NCBI GenBank assembly: GCA_963668175.1
Contig: OY764159.1
Coordinates: 4,000,001 to 4,064,000 of the forward strand
Source: Syntrophales bacterium
GTDB taxonomy: Bacteria > Desulfobacterota > Syntrophia > Syntrophales > PHBD01
Direction of reading: 5' to 3'
DNA length: 64,000 bases
Each line of letters opens with the position of its first letter. Positions within the stretch are counted from its first letter, which is position 1. Under the pieces are notes generated by a model that was not told the origin of the DNA, did no database searches, and saw only the letters and a program-made list of their open reading frames with translations. Of this stretch, positions 54,316 through 64,000 are shown piece by piece. The translations under genes were made by a program, and so were the position numbers.

Positions 54316-54953
54316 GACAGACCTCCTAAGGGCGTCTCCCCTGCCCTGACCCGGTCACCCACTTTAACGACAACCATCGAATCGGAAGGCAGATATACTT
54401 CAACGCGGGAACCAAAGCGGATGAGGCCGAACCGTTCACCTTTGCTGACCCCCATTCCTTCCTTTATCCAGCACACAATCCTTCGGGCAATCAAGCCGGC
54501 TATCTGGACGGCCATGATATCCCTGCCGTCGTCGGTGCGGATGACGACGGAATTTCTTTCATTGTTATCGGACGCCTTGTCGAGGTTCGCGGAAAGAAAC
54601 AACCCCTCATGGTAGACGATGGAACGAACTTGCCCCGCATAGGGAGCACGATTGACGTGTACATTAAATACATTCATGAAAATACTGATCTTCTTGAACC
54701 GGCCCACGATCAAATCGTTCCGTTCCACATCTTCGATGCGGATAACCTTGCCGTCCGCAGGAGAGATGACCATCTTAGGCACATCCGGCGTTTGTCTTTC
54801 CGGATTTCGAAAGAACCATATGACGAACATCGTGATGCATGAAAGTCCCATCGCCGACCAAACGGCCCCCAGAACGGCCGCGGATACGGAAAATATCGCG
54901 AGCGGCAGGATGAAAGGGTACCCCTCCCGGGCTATGATGCTATCGTGTTGCAT
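54312..54953 (-). CDS. psd: Phosphatidylserine decarboxylase
   Basis: FFRNPER, SPADG, VHVNR, QIAG, RFGS motifs. Confidence 0.95.
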   Translation of the reverse strand: MQHDSIIAREGYPFILPLAIFSVSAAVLGAVWSAMGLSCITMFVIWFFRNPERQTPDVPKMVISPADGKVIRIEDVERNDLIVGRFKKISIFMNVFNVHVNRAPYAGQVRSIVYHEGLFLSANLDKASDNNERNSVVIRTDDGRDIMAVQIAGLIARRIVCWIKEGMGVSKGERFGLIRFGSRVEVYLPSDSMVVVKVGDRVRAGETPLGGLS

Positions 54954-55059
54954 GAACAGAGGCCCTTTCCGGCACGTAACGTCGTTAATTTAAAATGAAT
55001 AGTTCCTTGTATATTAATTCCTGAAATCTGTCAATGTCTTAAGCATGCGGACAATCTCT

Positions 55060-55761
55060 TCAGGAAAGCTCTGCCTGTTTCATTTCCGCTTCGGACAAAC
55101 GGAGGTAATGGGGCGTGAAGCTTACGGGATTCAGAGTCCTGCCCTCTTTTATATCCATCATGCCGAGAAGACCGACGGCTGATGCCCGGATAGATTGATG
55201 GGCGCTCGACAGGAACACGGCCCTGTTCCCCAGAGAGCCGACGATAACTTCTCTGTAAACTTGAGCGCCGTCTCCGAGAAATATGACCTTGTCGAATTCA
55301 CGCAACTCTCCCAGGACATGCTCTATGGACGTCACTTGCTCGGCAACGATCTTCACCGGATGCCCATCCGCACATGGTTTATACAGGGCCGTATAGACCT
55401 GACCCTTCCGGGCGTCAAGAAGCGGACAAACCGGGCAGGCTCCCGAGGCCGCGTTCAGGCTCAGAGCGTCCAGGGTCGATACGCCGGCGATCGGCTTACC
55501 TGCCGCCATGGCAAAACCCTTGATCGTACCGGCACCGATCCGCAGCCCCGTAAATGAGCCCGGACCTGTTGTACAGGCGAAAAGATCGATGTTTTCAAGA
55601 GATTGACCGGTCAGGCGCATCATCTCGTCAATAGCCGGCAGGAGTACTATGGAATGGTTGACGCCGACATTAATGGTCGCCTCATACAGGATTACATCGT
55701 CGGCCAGCAGGGCGACCGATGCCGTTTTAGTCGAAGTGTCGATAGCTAGAGTTCGTATCAT
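55060..55761 (-). CDS. tsaB: tRNA threonylcarbamoyladenosine biosynthesis protein TsaB
   Basis: LAIDTST, GPGSFTGLRIG, DARK motifs. Confidence 0.95.
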   Translation of the reverse strand: MIRTLAIDTSTKTASVALLADDVILYEATINVGVNHSIVLLPAIDEMMRLTGQSLENIDLFACTTGPGSFTGLRIGAGTIKGFAMAAGKPIAGVSTLDALSLNAASGACPVCPLLDARKGQVYTALYKPCADGHPVKIVAEQVTSIEHVLGELREFDKVIFLGDGAQVYREVIVGSLGNRAVFLSSAHQSIRASAVGLLGMMDIKEGRTLNPVSFTPHYLRLSEAEMKQAELS

Positions 55762-55792
55762 GGACAATCCCCAAATTTATGAAGCAGGCAAG

Positions 55793-56905
55793 TCACTTGC
55801 CTGTAAAAAATCTCGTAAAATCGTTGATTACTTTTATGTTTAACCGATCAATGTCCAGCATAAAGACAAAGATCATCAAGAGGATGAGAAGGACAAAACC
55901 GATTTGCTGGGCCATTTCCCGCCATTTGATACTGACGGGCCGTCCAATGATCAATTCGATGCCGTAGAACATGAGATGCCCGCCGTCCAACACGGGGATG
56001 GGCAGCAAATTGAGGATCGCCAGATTGATGCTGAGAACGGCCATGAAGAAAATAAAATCAAGTACGCCTTTCTTGACGGCGGCACCTGCAAGCTGGGCGA
56101 TGAAGATCGGACCACCGAGGCTTTTGGCCGGGGAGATCACGCCTTCCACGAGCTTGACAAAACTGATCACGGTGACCTTCACGAAGAACCAGGTCTGTTT
56201 GAGACTTGACCAAACGGCTTCCCAGGGATATTGCCGTTCGATCACCGTTTGTGTCGACCTCATGATGCCTATCCGGTAGAGGTCTATTTCTTCCCCGAAA
56301 ATGTCCTTGTCCTTCACCCTGGTAGGCGTCACCTGAAGATCACGTTGCGCACCGTCTCTTTGTACCGTCAGCGTCAGGGTTTTTCCGCGGCTCTCTCCGA
56401 TCATGACCGACATGTCGTCCCAGCGGGACACCTTCCTGCCGTCGATGGCGATTACCGCATCGCCCTTCCTTAAATCCGCTTTGAAGGCCGCAGAATCTTT
56501 CTGGACTTCGCCGATGACGGACGTGTAAACAGGAACGCCGGCCATAAAGATGATCGTAAAAATAACGATGGCCAGAAGAAAATTGAAAACCGGCCCCGCG
56601 AGGACGATGGCTATCCGCTTCCATACCGGCTGCCTTAGAAAGGAGCGTTTTTCATCCTCGGGCGAAAGAACGTCCTGGTCGGACTCGCCAAGGAGCTTGA
56701 CATAGCCGCCCAGGGGAATCATGGACAGGAGATATTCCGTTTCTCCGATCTTCTTCCCGGCGATTCTCCGGCCGAACCCCAGGGAAAATTTCAGGACACC
56801 GACGCCCAGGCGTTTGGCCACGATGAAATGGCCGAATTCATGGGCGAAAATAAGGATACCCAGAAGAATAACAACTGCCACAATATTGATAGAGACACCC
56901 GTCAT
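55793..56905 (-). CDS. rseP: RIP metalloprotease RseP
   Basis: HEFGH, PLGGYV, a PDZ domain, NLLPIPVLDGG; follows dxr. Confidence 0.96.
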   Translation of the reverse strand: MTGVSINIVAVVILLGILIFAHEFGHFIVAKRLGVGVLKFSLGFGRRIAGKKIGETEYLLSMIPLGGYVKLLGESDQDVLSPEDEKRSFLRQPVWKRIAIVLAGPVFNFLLAIVIFTIIFMAGVPVYTSVIGEVQKDSAAFKADLRKGDAVIAIDGRKVSRWDDMSVMIGESRGKTLTLTVQRDGAQRDLQVTPTRVKDKDIFGEEIDLYRIGIMRSTQTVIERQYPWEAVWSSLKQTWFFVKVTVISFVKLVEGVISPAKSLGGPIFIAQLAGAAVKKGVLDFIFFMAVLSINLAILNLLPIPVLDGGHLMFYGIELIIGRPVSIKWREMAQQIGFVLLILLMIFVFMLDIDRLNIKVINDFTRFFTGK

Positions 56906-58065
56906 ATTTTCAATTCCTCAATGATTCTTATAACTTCTTTTTTGGCCCACATATCGGCGGCCAGAACAGCGTCAATGGTCGGCGACACATTGCATCGATG
57001 CTTCGCGAGAACGCTTTCGATGACGGCCGTCATATCGGTAAACCGGATTTTTCCCGCAAGGAAAGCCTCCACGGCCATCTCGTTTGCGCCGTTTAAGACA
57101 GCCGTCATGGTCCCGCCCGCTCTTCCCGCCTCGTAGGCCAGGCGCAAGTTGGGAAACCTGTCCCAATCCGCTTCCAAGAACTCCAGGGCACCGGCCTCAA
57201 GGAGGTTCAGGGCCGGGGCGGGACAGGGATGTCTTTCCGGATAGGACAGGGCGTACGCGATCGGGATTCTCATGTCCGGACATCCCATTTGCGCAACCAC
57301 CGAACCGTCGATATATTCCACCATGGAGTGGATGATGCTCTGGGGATGGATCTGGACGTGAATGGCATCGTAATCGACATTGAAAAGCCACCTGGCTTCA
57401 ATAATTTCCAAACCCTTATTCATCATCGATGCCGAATCGATGGTGATCTTCCTGCCCATCTCCCACTTCGGATGCTTCAAGGCCTGGGCCGGCGTAACAT
57501 GGACCAGATCATCCTTGGAGAATTTCAGGAACGGCCCTCCCGAAGCCGTCAGGATCAAGCGCCGGATATCCTGATGCCTGTTTCCCGCCAGGCATTGAAA
57601 AATAGCGCTGTGCTCGCTGTCGACGGGCAGGATGGCAACGCCCTTTTCCTCGGCCATTCTGACGACGATGCTTCCGGCCATGACCATGGTTTCCTTGTTT
57701 GCCAGGGCGACGTCTTTGCCGGCGGCAACGGCTTCCAGGGTCGGGATCAAACCCGCCGACCCCGCCATCGCGGACACGACCATATCGGCCTCTGCAAAGG
57801 CGGCCACTTCGCGATATCCGTCCATTCCGAAACGGATCTCCGTTCCATTCGAGCGGCCAAGCATTGCCCCTAGTTGCCCGGCACACGGTTCATCGATAAC
57901 CGCGGCCACGGCAGGCCTGAATTCGTCGATCTGCTCCTTCAGCAGGGTCGTATTTTTCCCGGCGGCCAGGGCGACGACCTCAAATCGCGAGGGGGCGTGC
58001 CGGATGACATCCAGGGTATTGACGCCTATAGAACCTGTTGAACCTAAAATGGCAATCCGTTTCAT
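56902..58065 (-). CDS. dxr: 1-deoxy-D-xylulose-5-phosphate reductoisomerase
   Basis: LGSTGSIG, LANKE, PVDSEH, TASGGPF, IDSA, NKGLE motifs. ATG at 58065. Confidence 0.97.
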   Translation of the reverse strand: MKRIAILGSTGSIGVNTLDVIRHAPSRFEVVALAAGKNTTLLKEQIDEFRPAVAAVIDEPCAGQLGAMLGRSNGTEIRFGMDGYREVAAFAEADMVVSAMAGSAGLIPTLEAVAAGKDVALANKETMVMAGSIVVRMAEEKGVAILPVDSEHSAIFQCLAGNRHQDIRRLILTASGGPFLKFSKDDLVHVTPAQALKHPKWEMGRKITIDSASMMNKGLEIIEARWLFNVDYDAIHVQIHPQSIIHSMVEYIDGSVVAQMGCPDMRIPIAYALSYPERHPCPAPALNLLEAGALEFLEADWDRFPNLRLAYEAGRAGGTMTAVLNGANEMAVEAFLAGKIRFTDMTAVIESVLAKHRCNVSPTIDAVLAADMWAKKEVIRIIEELKI

Positions 58066-58874
58066 TGTACCATAAATAGTTGATAGTAGTAAACAAAGGG
58101 AGCGATAAAGATAAGGCAATCCAAACGATCCAGAATGCCGCCATGACCGGGCAGAAGCGTTCCGGAGTCTTTGGAGCCCGAGGCCCTCTTGATCGCCGAC
58201 TCGCACAAGTCGCCCAACTGGCCGATGGCGCTTCCGAAGAAACCGATGATTGCCGCATGCGCGACGGGAAACGATTGCAGGAATATCTGCTGAAAGACCA
58301 CGCAACCGATGACGCTGCCTATTAAAAGGCCGATCGTCCCCTCCACCGTTTTTCCGGGGCTGACAAGCGGCAGCAGTTTCCGCTTTCCCCATGTCCTGCC
58401 CACGTAATAGGCCGCCACGTCACCGGAAAAAGCCAGACAAAGAATGAAAAATATCCATAATATGCCGTCATGAAGGTTCCGGATGAGGATGAAGTGGGAC
58501 AGCATGGTGGGTATGTACATCAGGCAAAGGACGGCCTTGGCAACCGGCAGGATATCGAAGACCGGCTCCTTGATCCGGACTGTAAAGGTAATGAAAACGG
58601 ACAGAACTGAAAGAACGATTACCGCCATGATCAATACCGGATTCCCGGAATAAAACGAGAGCGCGATCAACAGGGCGACGATCAGGCCTTCCGTCTTTTC
58701 CCACCGATAGTCCTCGCCGAATACGAGCCCGTTATACTCATGGACACCCAGCAGAATGACGGCGACAATCATGGCACTGAACACGAAGGGAGAGCCGAAA
58801 TAGATCAGAGCAAATAATAAAGGTACGGCAACCAGTGCCGTGGTCCATCGCTTGATATGGGAAGAAGCCGCCAT
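58062..58874 (-). CDS. cdsA: Phosphatidate cytidylyltransferase
   Basis: SPGKTVEG, GDLCESAIKR, KDSG, PGHGGILDRLD motifs. Confidence 0.96.
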   Translation of the reverse strand: MAASSHIKRWTTALVAVPLLFALIYFGSPFVFSAMIVAVILLGVHEYNGLVFGEDYRWEKTEGLIVALLIALSFYSGNPVLIMAVIVLSVLSVFITFTVRIKEPVFDILPVAKAVLCLMYIPTMLSHFILIRNLHDGILWIFFILCLAFSGDVAAYYVGRTWGKRKLLPLVSPGKTVEGTIGLLIGSVIGCVVFQQIFLQSFPVAHAAIIGFFGSAIGQLGDLCESAIKRASGSKDSGTLLPGHGGILDRLDCLIFIAPFVYYYQLFMVQ

Positions 58875-58986
58875 ATGTCTCTATCTTGTTTATTGACGCC
58901 AGGGATGCGTTTCGATCTCCGCCCTTAAAGACCTGCAGGCCATTCCAACCATAAACCGTGTTTTGGTGGGATACAAAAAAATTCAA

Positions 58987-59769
58987 TCACTGCAAAATCG
59001 ATTTGGGGGCAGTTGCCGCGGGCCTCTCTGTCTCGGTATCTTCCTTGGTCAACCCGAATCTGCGTTCCCTTTGCTGATACACGGCGATCGCATTCAGCAA
59101 TTCATCCTTGCTGAAATCGGGCCAGAGGACATCGGTAAAATAGAATTCGGTATAGGCCATCTGCCAGAGCAGGAAGTTGCTGATCCGGAATTCGCCGCTC
59201 GTCCTGATGAGAAGATCCGGGTCGGGCATACCCATCGTATACAGATAGCCCGCGAACATTTCTTTTGTAATCTCATCGGGAGTGAATTTTCCGGCACGGC
59301 AATCGGCGATCATCCCCTTCACGGCCATCACGATTTCATCCCTCCCCCCATAACTGAGGGCGATATTAAGATTCAGACCGTCGTTATGCGCCGTCTTTGC
59401 CACAGCGTCACGAAGCAGTCCCTGGATATTCCGGTCGAGATTTTCCACATCGCCGATAATGACGAGGCGGATATTGTTTTCAAGCATGTCTTCCATCTCG
59501 GTCCGGACGTAATCCTTCAGCAGTCCCATCAGGGCGTCGACTTCCTTGCGCGGTCTCTGCCAATTCTCGGACGAAAAGGCATAGAGCGTAAGGTAGCGGA
59601 TGCCCAGTTCACGACAGGTCTTGACAGTCGCCCGGACGGCTTCCGCACCTTTCCTGTGCCCGGAAACCCTGCCCAGGGTATGCCGCTGCGCCCACCGGCC
59701 GTTGCCATCCATGATAATGGCGATATGGCGGGGAAGTTTCGTAATGTCAATGCCATGCATATCGTTCAC
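58987..59769 (-). CDS. uppS: Isoprenyl transferase (undecaprenyl diphosphate synthase)
   Basis: IMDGNGRWA, FSSENW, YGGR, RTSGEFRISNF motifs. Confidence 0.97.
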   Translation of the reverse strand: MNDMHGIDITKLPRHIAIIMDGNGRWAQRHTLGRVSGHRKGAEAVRATVKTCRELGIRYLTLYAFSSENWQRPRKEVDALMGLLKDYVRTEMEDMLENNIRLVIIGDVENLDRNIQGLLRDAVAKTAHNDGLNLNIALSYGGRDEIVMAVKGMIADCRAGKFTPDEITKEMFAGYLYTMGMPDPDLLIRTSGEFRISNFLLWQMAYTEFYFTDVLWPDFSKDELLNAIAVYQQRERRFGLTKEDTETERPAATAPKSILQ

Positions 59770-60333
59770 GGCGTCTCTGCCTTATTAAAGTCGTCACCGA
59801 GTAGCATAACATAAGCGAATAATCAATGCACGTTTTTGCCTTGCAGGTGGCTCATTTTGTCGCCATCGGAAAGATAGTTCATCATGGACCTTGGTCTTTC
59901 CTTTGATTTTGTGCTATAGGATTTTTGCTGCATTATTATATCCGCATTTTTTGAAAAACCGATTATTCATTGCCAGGTAATCAGATCACAGCGGAATGGT
60001 TATACCGTTGTTTTATTTAGGACTATTCTTCCAAATGGATTATAGTCGGGCATATTCCGAATATGAGGCGTTTCGTACCTGATCATCGCATCTTCGAACA
60101 ACCGTCAAGAATGGAGAAGGATTAACCCGTCACCCGCCCAGCGTCTCTCCCCAATCATCGGCAATGAGGTGGATCCGCGGCCGCGGTTCTCTTAATTTAA
60201 TCCCGTATGAGGCGTCATTCGCCTATCCATCAAGTGAATCCGGATCGTCGGCTGATGGGAGTCAAGGATTGACCATGTCCGCAGGAAAGTTTCATAATCA
60301 TTGTCTATTCGTCCAACAGAGGAAAGCAGACTG

Positions 60334-62292
60334 ATGCCGGGAACCCCTCTTCGCATCCTAATCGCAGACTGTTCCGACGACGATTACTCTCCGCTCATCC
60401 ATTGTTTGAGGGAAGACGGTTTCAACCCAGACTGGATGAAAGTGCAGGATGTCGACGCCATGGCCGACTTTCTGCATGACAGGGACTGGGACATCGTCAT
60501 CTGCAATTACGAAAGGGACGGCGCCGACGGCCGACGGGTTCTGAAAGTCTGCCGAGAGGCAGGGACCAATGTCCCGCTGATTTTACTCTCCGGGAACAAG
60601 AGGAACGAGGATGAAAGCAAATCGAGTCCGGAAGAAAACTGCTATTGTGCCGGGAAAGAAGAGCTTCCGAAACTTGTATCCGCCGTGGCCGCACAGGCTC
60701 ATGAAAGAGAAGATAAAATCGATCCGGCAAAAGGATTGGAGACCCGCCGGCCTCCTCAACGGCAGACCATCGATTTTTTCGAAGAAATGGAGGAACTTTA
60801 TTGGGAAATTGATCTCAAGGGAAATTTGATTTTCTTTAATCCATATTTATGCACTCTGCTGCAATATACGCGAGAAGACCTTAAGGAGGCTAATATTCGA
60901 ACGTTGGTGGACAACGACACGGCTGAACGACTGGAAAAGATCGTTCAGAGTATCCATGCGACGGGCAGCCAGGTTAAGTGCGTCGAGTTTGAACTGATTC
61001 AAAAGGATGGGACAAAATGCTGGGTTGAAACATCCGTTGCCCCCTTGAGAGATGCCGGCGGCACGGTTATAGGCCTTCGGGGCATCGGCCGCGATATTTC
61101 CTCCCGCAAAAATACGGAAACGGATATCCTCCGCTCGCTGAAGGTCGAATCGGTCGGCACGCTTGCCGGAGGGATAGCGCATGATTTCAATAATCTGCTT
61201 TCCGTTATTCTCGGCTATATCTCCATCGCCCGGACGCTGATCGATCCGGAGGAGGAGGCGGCCGTTATGCTCAGGAAGGCGGAAAAGGCCGGATTTCAGG
61301 CCACGGAACTTACGAAACGCCTGATCACCTTTTCCCGGGGAGACGAACCATGGCGGAAATCGACCTTTCTCGCCCCGCTCTTAAAAAGGGCTGCCGATTT
61401 CTCTCTGGTTGGAAAAGATGTCAGTTTTTCCTACTTCATTCCCGAAGACCTCTGGCCGGTCAACATCGATGAAGGCCAGATGTGGCAGGTCGTCCGGAAT
61501 CTGGTGATGAATGCCGGCGAGGCCATGCCGGACGGAGGCATTATCACCGTAGCCGCACAGAATATCAATATCGACGAATTCAGCAATCTCCCCCTCCAGG
61601 AGGGTTCCTATGTGCGCTGGAGCGTAACGGACCAGGGAACGGGCATCACGCCGGAACACCTCCCCAAAATCTTCGATCCCTACTTCACGACCAAAGGGAT
61701 GGGACCCAAACAGGGTATGGGGCTCGGTCTCGCCATCTGTTTCTCCATTGTCAGAAAACATGGCGGTTTCATCACCGTCGACTCCAAACCCGTCGAAGGC
61801 ACGACGTTCTATGTCTATCTGCCCGCATTGCCGACGAGGGAGCAGCAGGATGCGGCCGTCAGCGACGATCGTCTGCTGAGGAAACACCGAATCCTCGTCA
61901 TGGACGATGAAGAAGACATTCGGGATATTTTTAGCAAACTGCTGACCCACCTGGGTTATGACGCCGAACTGGCCGAGGAAGGCAATGAGACCGTCTCCAA
62001 ATTCAGAGAGGCCAGAGAAACGGATGTTCCTTTTTCCGCAGTCATCCTGGATTTGACGGTCAAAGACGGCCTCGGCGGCAGACAGACGCTGAAAAAGCTC
62101 CTGCAGATCGAGCCTGAACTGAAGGCGATCATCACAACCAGCTATGCCGACGACCCCATCGTCACCGGCTTCCGGTATTTCGGCTTCGCAGCCGCCTTGG
62201 TCAAACCCTTCACCATGCAGGAACTGCAGGATTCTCTCGACACCCTTCTCGCCGAGAAGGGCGTGGACGACCTGCCTCTCTTCCGGCGGTAA
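60334..62292 (+). CDS. Cytoplasmic hybrid histidine kinase (pseudo-REC, PAS, HisKA, HATPase, REC)
   Basis: AHDFNN H-box, DQGTG, PYFTTK, GLGL, C-terminal MDDE...ILDL receiver; PAS-PAC ending RDIS. Confidence 0.9.
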   Translation: MPGTPLRILIADCSDDDYSPLIHCLREDGFNPDWMKVQDVDAMADFLHDRDWDIVICNYERDGADGRRVLKVCREAGTNVPLILLSGNKRNEDESKSSPEENCYCAGKEELPKLVSAVAAQAHEREDKIDPAKGLETRRPPQRQTIDFFEEMEELYWEIDLKGNLIFFNPYLCTLLQYTREDLKEANIRTLVDNDTAERLEKIVQSIHATGSQVKCVEFELIQKDGTKCWVETSVAPLRDAGGTVIGLRGIGRDISSRKNTETDILRSLKVESVGTLAGGIAHDFNNLLSVILGYISIARTLIDPEEEAAVMLRKAEKAGFQATELTKRLITFSRGDEPWRKSTFLAPLLKRAADFSLVGKDVSFSYFIPEDLWPVNIDEGQMWQVVRNLVMNAGEAMPDGGIITVAAQNINIDEFSNLPLQEGSYVRWSVTDQGTGITPEHLPKIFDPYFTTKGMGPKQGMGLGLAICFSIVRKHGGFITVDSKPVEGTTFYVYLPALPTREQQDAAVSDDRLLRKHRILVMDDEEDIRDIFSKLLTHLGYDAELAEEGNETVSKFREARETDVPFSAVILDLTVKDGLGGRQTLKKLLQIEPELKAIITTSYADDPIVTGFRYFGFAAALVKPFTMQELQDSLDTLLAEKGVDDLPLFRR

Positions 62293-62334
62293 CGGCAACC
62301 GCCATAATATCTGCAAGGTGCCGTTTGTACAGAC

Positions 62335-63441
62335 TTACAGGAAGCTTTTAAGGGCCTTGAGGAAGCGTTCCACGTTCTCTTTTCTCGCCGTGTGGCCCAT
62401 GAGACCGATCCGCCAGATTTTACCGGCCAGCGGACCCAGCCCCCCTCCGATCTCTATCTTGAATTCATTCAGGAGGCGCTTGCGGATCGATGCTTCGTCG
62501 ATGCCTTCAGGGCAACGGACCGTATTCAGCATCGGCAGACGGTAAGGTTTCTCAACGAGCATCTTGAGCCCCATGCCTTCAAGGCCGTCGACGAGCAGTT
62601 GATGGCTTTCCCGGTGCCTTTTGAAGACATTTTCCACGCCTTCATGAAGGATGACAAGAAGGGCCGCATAGAGACCATAGATCATGTTGATGGGGGCCGT
62701 ATGGTGGTAGACGCGATTCTGTCCCCAGTAGTTGGCTATGAGCGAAAGATCGAGATACCAGTTCGGGACTTTCGTCTTCCGGCTGCCGAGCTTCGCGAGG
62801 GCTTTTTCCGAAAAGGAGAGCGGGGCGAGCCCGGGCGGGCAGGAAAGGCACTTCTGGGTGCCGCTGTAAACGGTGTCGATATGCCATTCGTCCGCACGAA
62901 CCGGAATGCCGCCAAGGCTGGTAACGGTATCGACAAGATACAGCGTATCCGAACCTTTCAGGAGGTTGCCGATGTCGCTCACGGGATTCATCACGCCGGT
63001 GGACGTCTCGGCGTGAACAACGGCTACGATGCGGTAGGATTTCTCTTTGATCTTCTTCCCGACGGCATCAAGTACGACGGGCGTTCCCCAGGCAAATTCC
63101 AGGGTATCCACTCTGGCCCCCAGCCTCGCGGCGACCTCCTGCATCCTCATGCCGAAAACGCCGTTAATCAGGATCAGGACATCGTCCCCGGGCTCTACGA
63201 GATTCACAAACGACGCTTCCATGCCAGCCGAACCCGTGCCCGATACTGGCAGGGTCAGGGTGTTTGCCGTATTCATCAATTGCCGGAGCATTTCCTTCAC
63301 GCCATCGGCAATCTTCAAGAAATAAGGGTCCAGGTGTCCGATCGTCTTGCATCCCAAGGCGCCGTATACTTCCGGCGGAACGCACGAGGGCCCCGGCCCC
63401 ATGAGCAGTATTTCTTCCAAGTCGTCCAGCAGATTTTTCAT
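62335..63441 (-). CDS. Class V aminotransferase (alanine--glyoxylate/serine--pyruvate family)
   Basis: LMGPGPS, HAETSTG, DTVTSLGG, GTQKCL, YHHT, WRIGLMG motifs. Confidence 0.93.
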   Translation of the reverse strand: MKNLLDDLEEILLMGPGPSCVPPEVYGALGCKTIGHLDPYFLKIADGVKEMLRQLMNTANTLTLPVSGTGSAGMEASFVNLVEPGDDVLILINGVFGMRMQEVAARLGARVDTLEFAWGTPVVLDAVGKKIKEKSYRIVAVVHAETSTGVMNPVSDIGNLLKGSDTLYLVDTVTSLGGIPVRADEWHIDTVYSGTQKCLSCPPGLAPLSFSEKALAKLGSRKTKVPNWYLDLSLIANYWGQNRVYHHTAPINMIYGLYAALLVILHEGVENVFKRHRESHQLLVDGLEGMGLKMLVEKPYRLPMLNTVRCPEGIDEASIRKRLLNEFKIEIGGGLGPLAGKIWRIGLMGHTARKENVERFLKALKSFL

Positions 63442-63578
63442 TACCATCCTCCTCAAGTCACTGATTGGAGACGTTCGTCTTCCGGATACAGCCGAATATC
63501 CCGTATCATGACACAAATATGGCTTATCGTCCAGACGTTTGGATTAATACATTTCGGGACAAGGACATTCCGCCGCTG

Positions 63579-64000
63579 TTATGCCGCCTGAATCCTCAGT
63601 TCCTCACGCCCCGATTTCGGCTTGGCAACGTCAATTGCCACTTTCACCGGTTCCGGTTCGTGAACGTCCTCACATCGTCCTCCTTTCAGGAATTCGGAGA
63701 CTATTTGCAGATACTCGGAAAGAAGCTGACGGCTGACGACAAAAATATGCCCGATGTTCTTTTCGATCGTCCGGTTCAAGCCGCCACGCGTCACCATGAC
63801 GTTCCCGTCCTGCTGCAACCCCCAGGTCTGGCTGGCGACGCACGAACCCGGAGGCGCGATGGGGTCACGGGACCCACGGTAATCGAAGATGCACACCCCA
63901 CCCGCGCGCAGGGCATCCAGATTGACCGGCTTCCCGTCCAGATCGGGATTGCTTGAAGGCAGGCAGTAGGTCCCTTCGAAAAGCTGGTTGCCGAGGAAAA
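63579..64000 (-). CDS. C-terminal end of a probable alpha/beta-hydrolase-fold protein (PHA synthase/depolymerase-like), partial
   Basis: Frame is open to the window edge: NQLFEG...GKPVNLDAL...GSRDPIAPP...IGHIFVV, resembling the Asp and His motifs at the PhaC/PhaZ C-terminus. Confidence 0.45.
   Translation of the reverse strand, partial: FLGNQLFEGTYCLPSSNPDLDGKPVNLDALRAGGVCIFDYRGSRDPIAPPGSCVASQTWGLQQDGNVMVTRGGLNRTIEKNIGHIFVVSRQLLSEYLQIVSEFLKGGRCEDVHEPEPVKVAIDVAKPKSGREELRIQAA

Noticed and set aside
58066..58392. N-terminal extensions in the ORF track for dxr (also rsmD, the PPTase, the KS and the ligase)
   Set aside because: Most overlap upstream genes. Family-typical N-termini and RBS positions indicate the shorter starts.
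63890..63910. Suspected frameshift in the edge ORF
   Set aside because: Recounting the bases shows the frame is continuous to the window end.

Overview
A gene-dense bacterial chromosomal window. Gene content points to an anaerobic Desulfobacterota/Syntrophales-like organism (inference only). Left to right: (1) a minus-strand chemotaxis operon (cheR-cheD-HDOD-cheY-cheX-cheB-cheA, cheA truncated at the edge) with a sigma54 -24/-12 box, divergent from an enhancer-binding protein with an atypical receiver; (2) a membrane c-type cytochrome and tRNA-Pro; (3) housekeeping genes ispG, proS, a frameshifted rel, an amidase, rph and rdgB (apparent CTG start); (4) a TIGR03790-like protein; (5) a ten-gene, sigma54-preceded accessory type II fatty-acid/lipid cluster (fabD, acyl-CoA dehydrogenase, fabH-like, fabA-like, fabG, fabZ-like, ketosynthase, ACP, acyltransferase, PPTase) with no enoyl reductase; (6) a 3xPAS-LuxR regulator followed by an acyl-CoA catabolic cluster with a heteromeric family III CoA-transferase; (7) small and hypothetical genes, a FabK/NMO-like flavoprotein, a kinase/sigma54 regulator pair, two HD proteins and a methyltransferase; (8) two MORN-repeat proteins, one with a 58-unit (K/R)AEEEAR(L) charged helical spacer; (9) the conserved block uppS-cdsA-dxr-rseP-tsaB, psd-pssA, asd-rsmD-coaD-aspC; (10) a hybrid kinase, a class V aminotransferase and a partial ORF. 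I saw no CRISPR array, rRNA, integrase or transposase. The best novelty candidates are the accessory lipid cluster and the MORN-helix-MORN protein. All calls come from motif reading; no database search was run.
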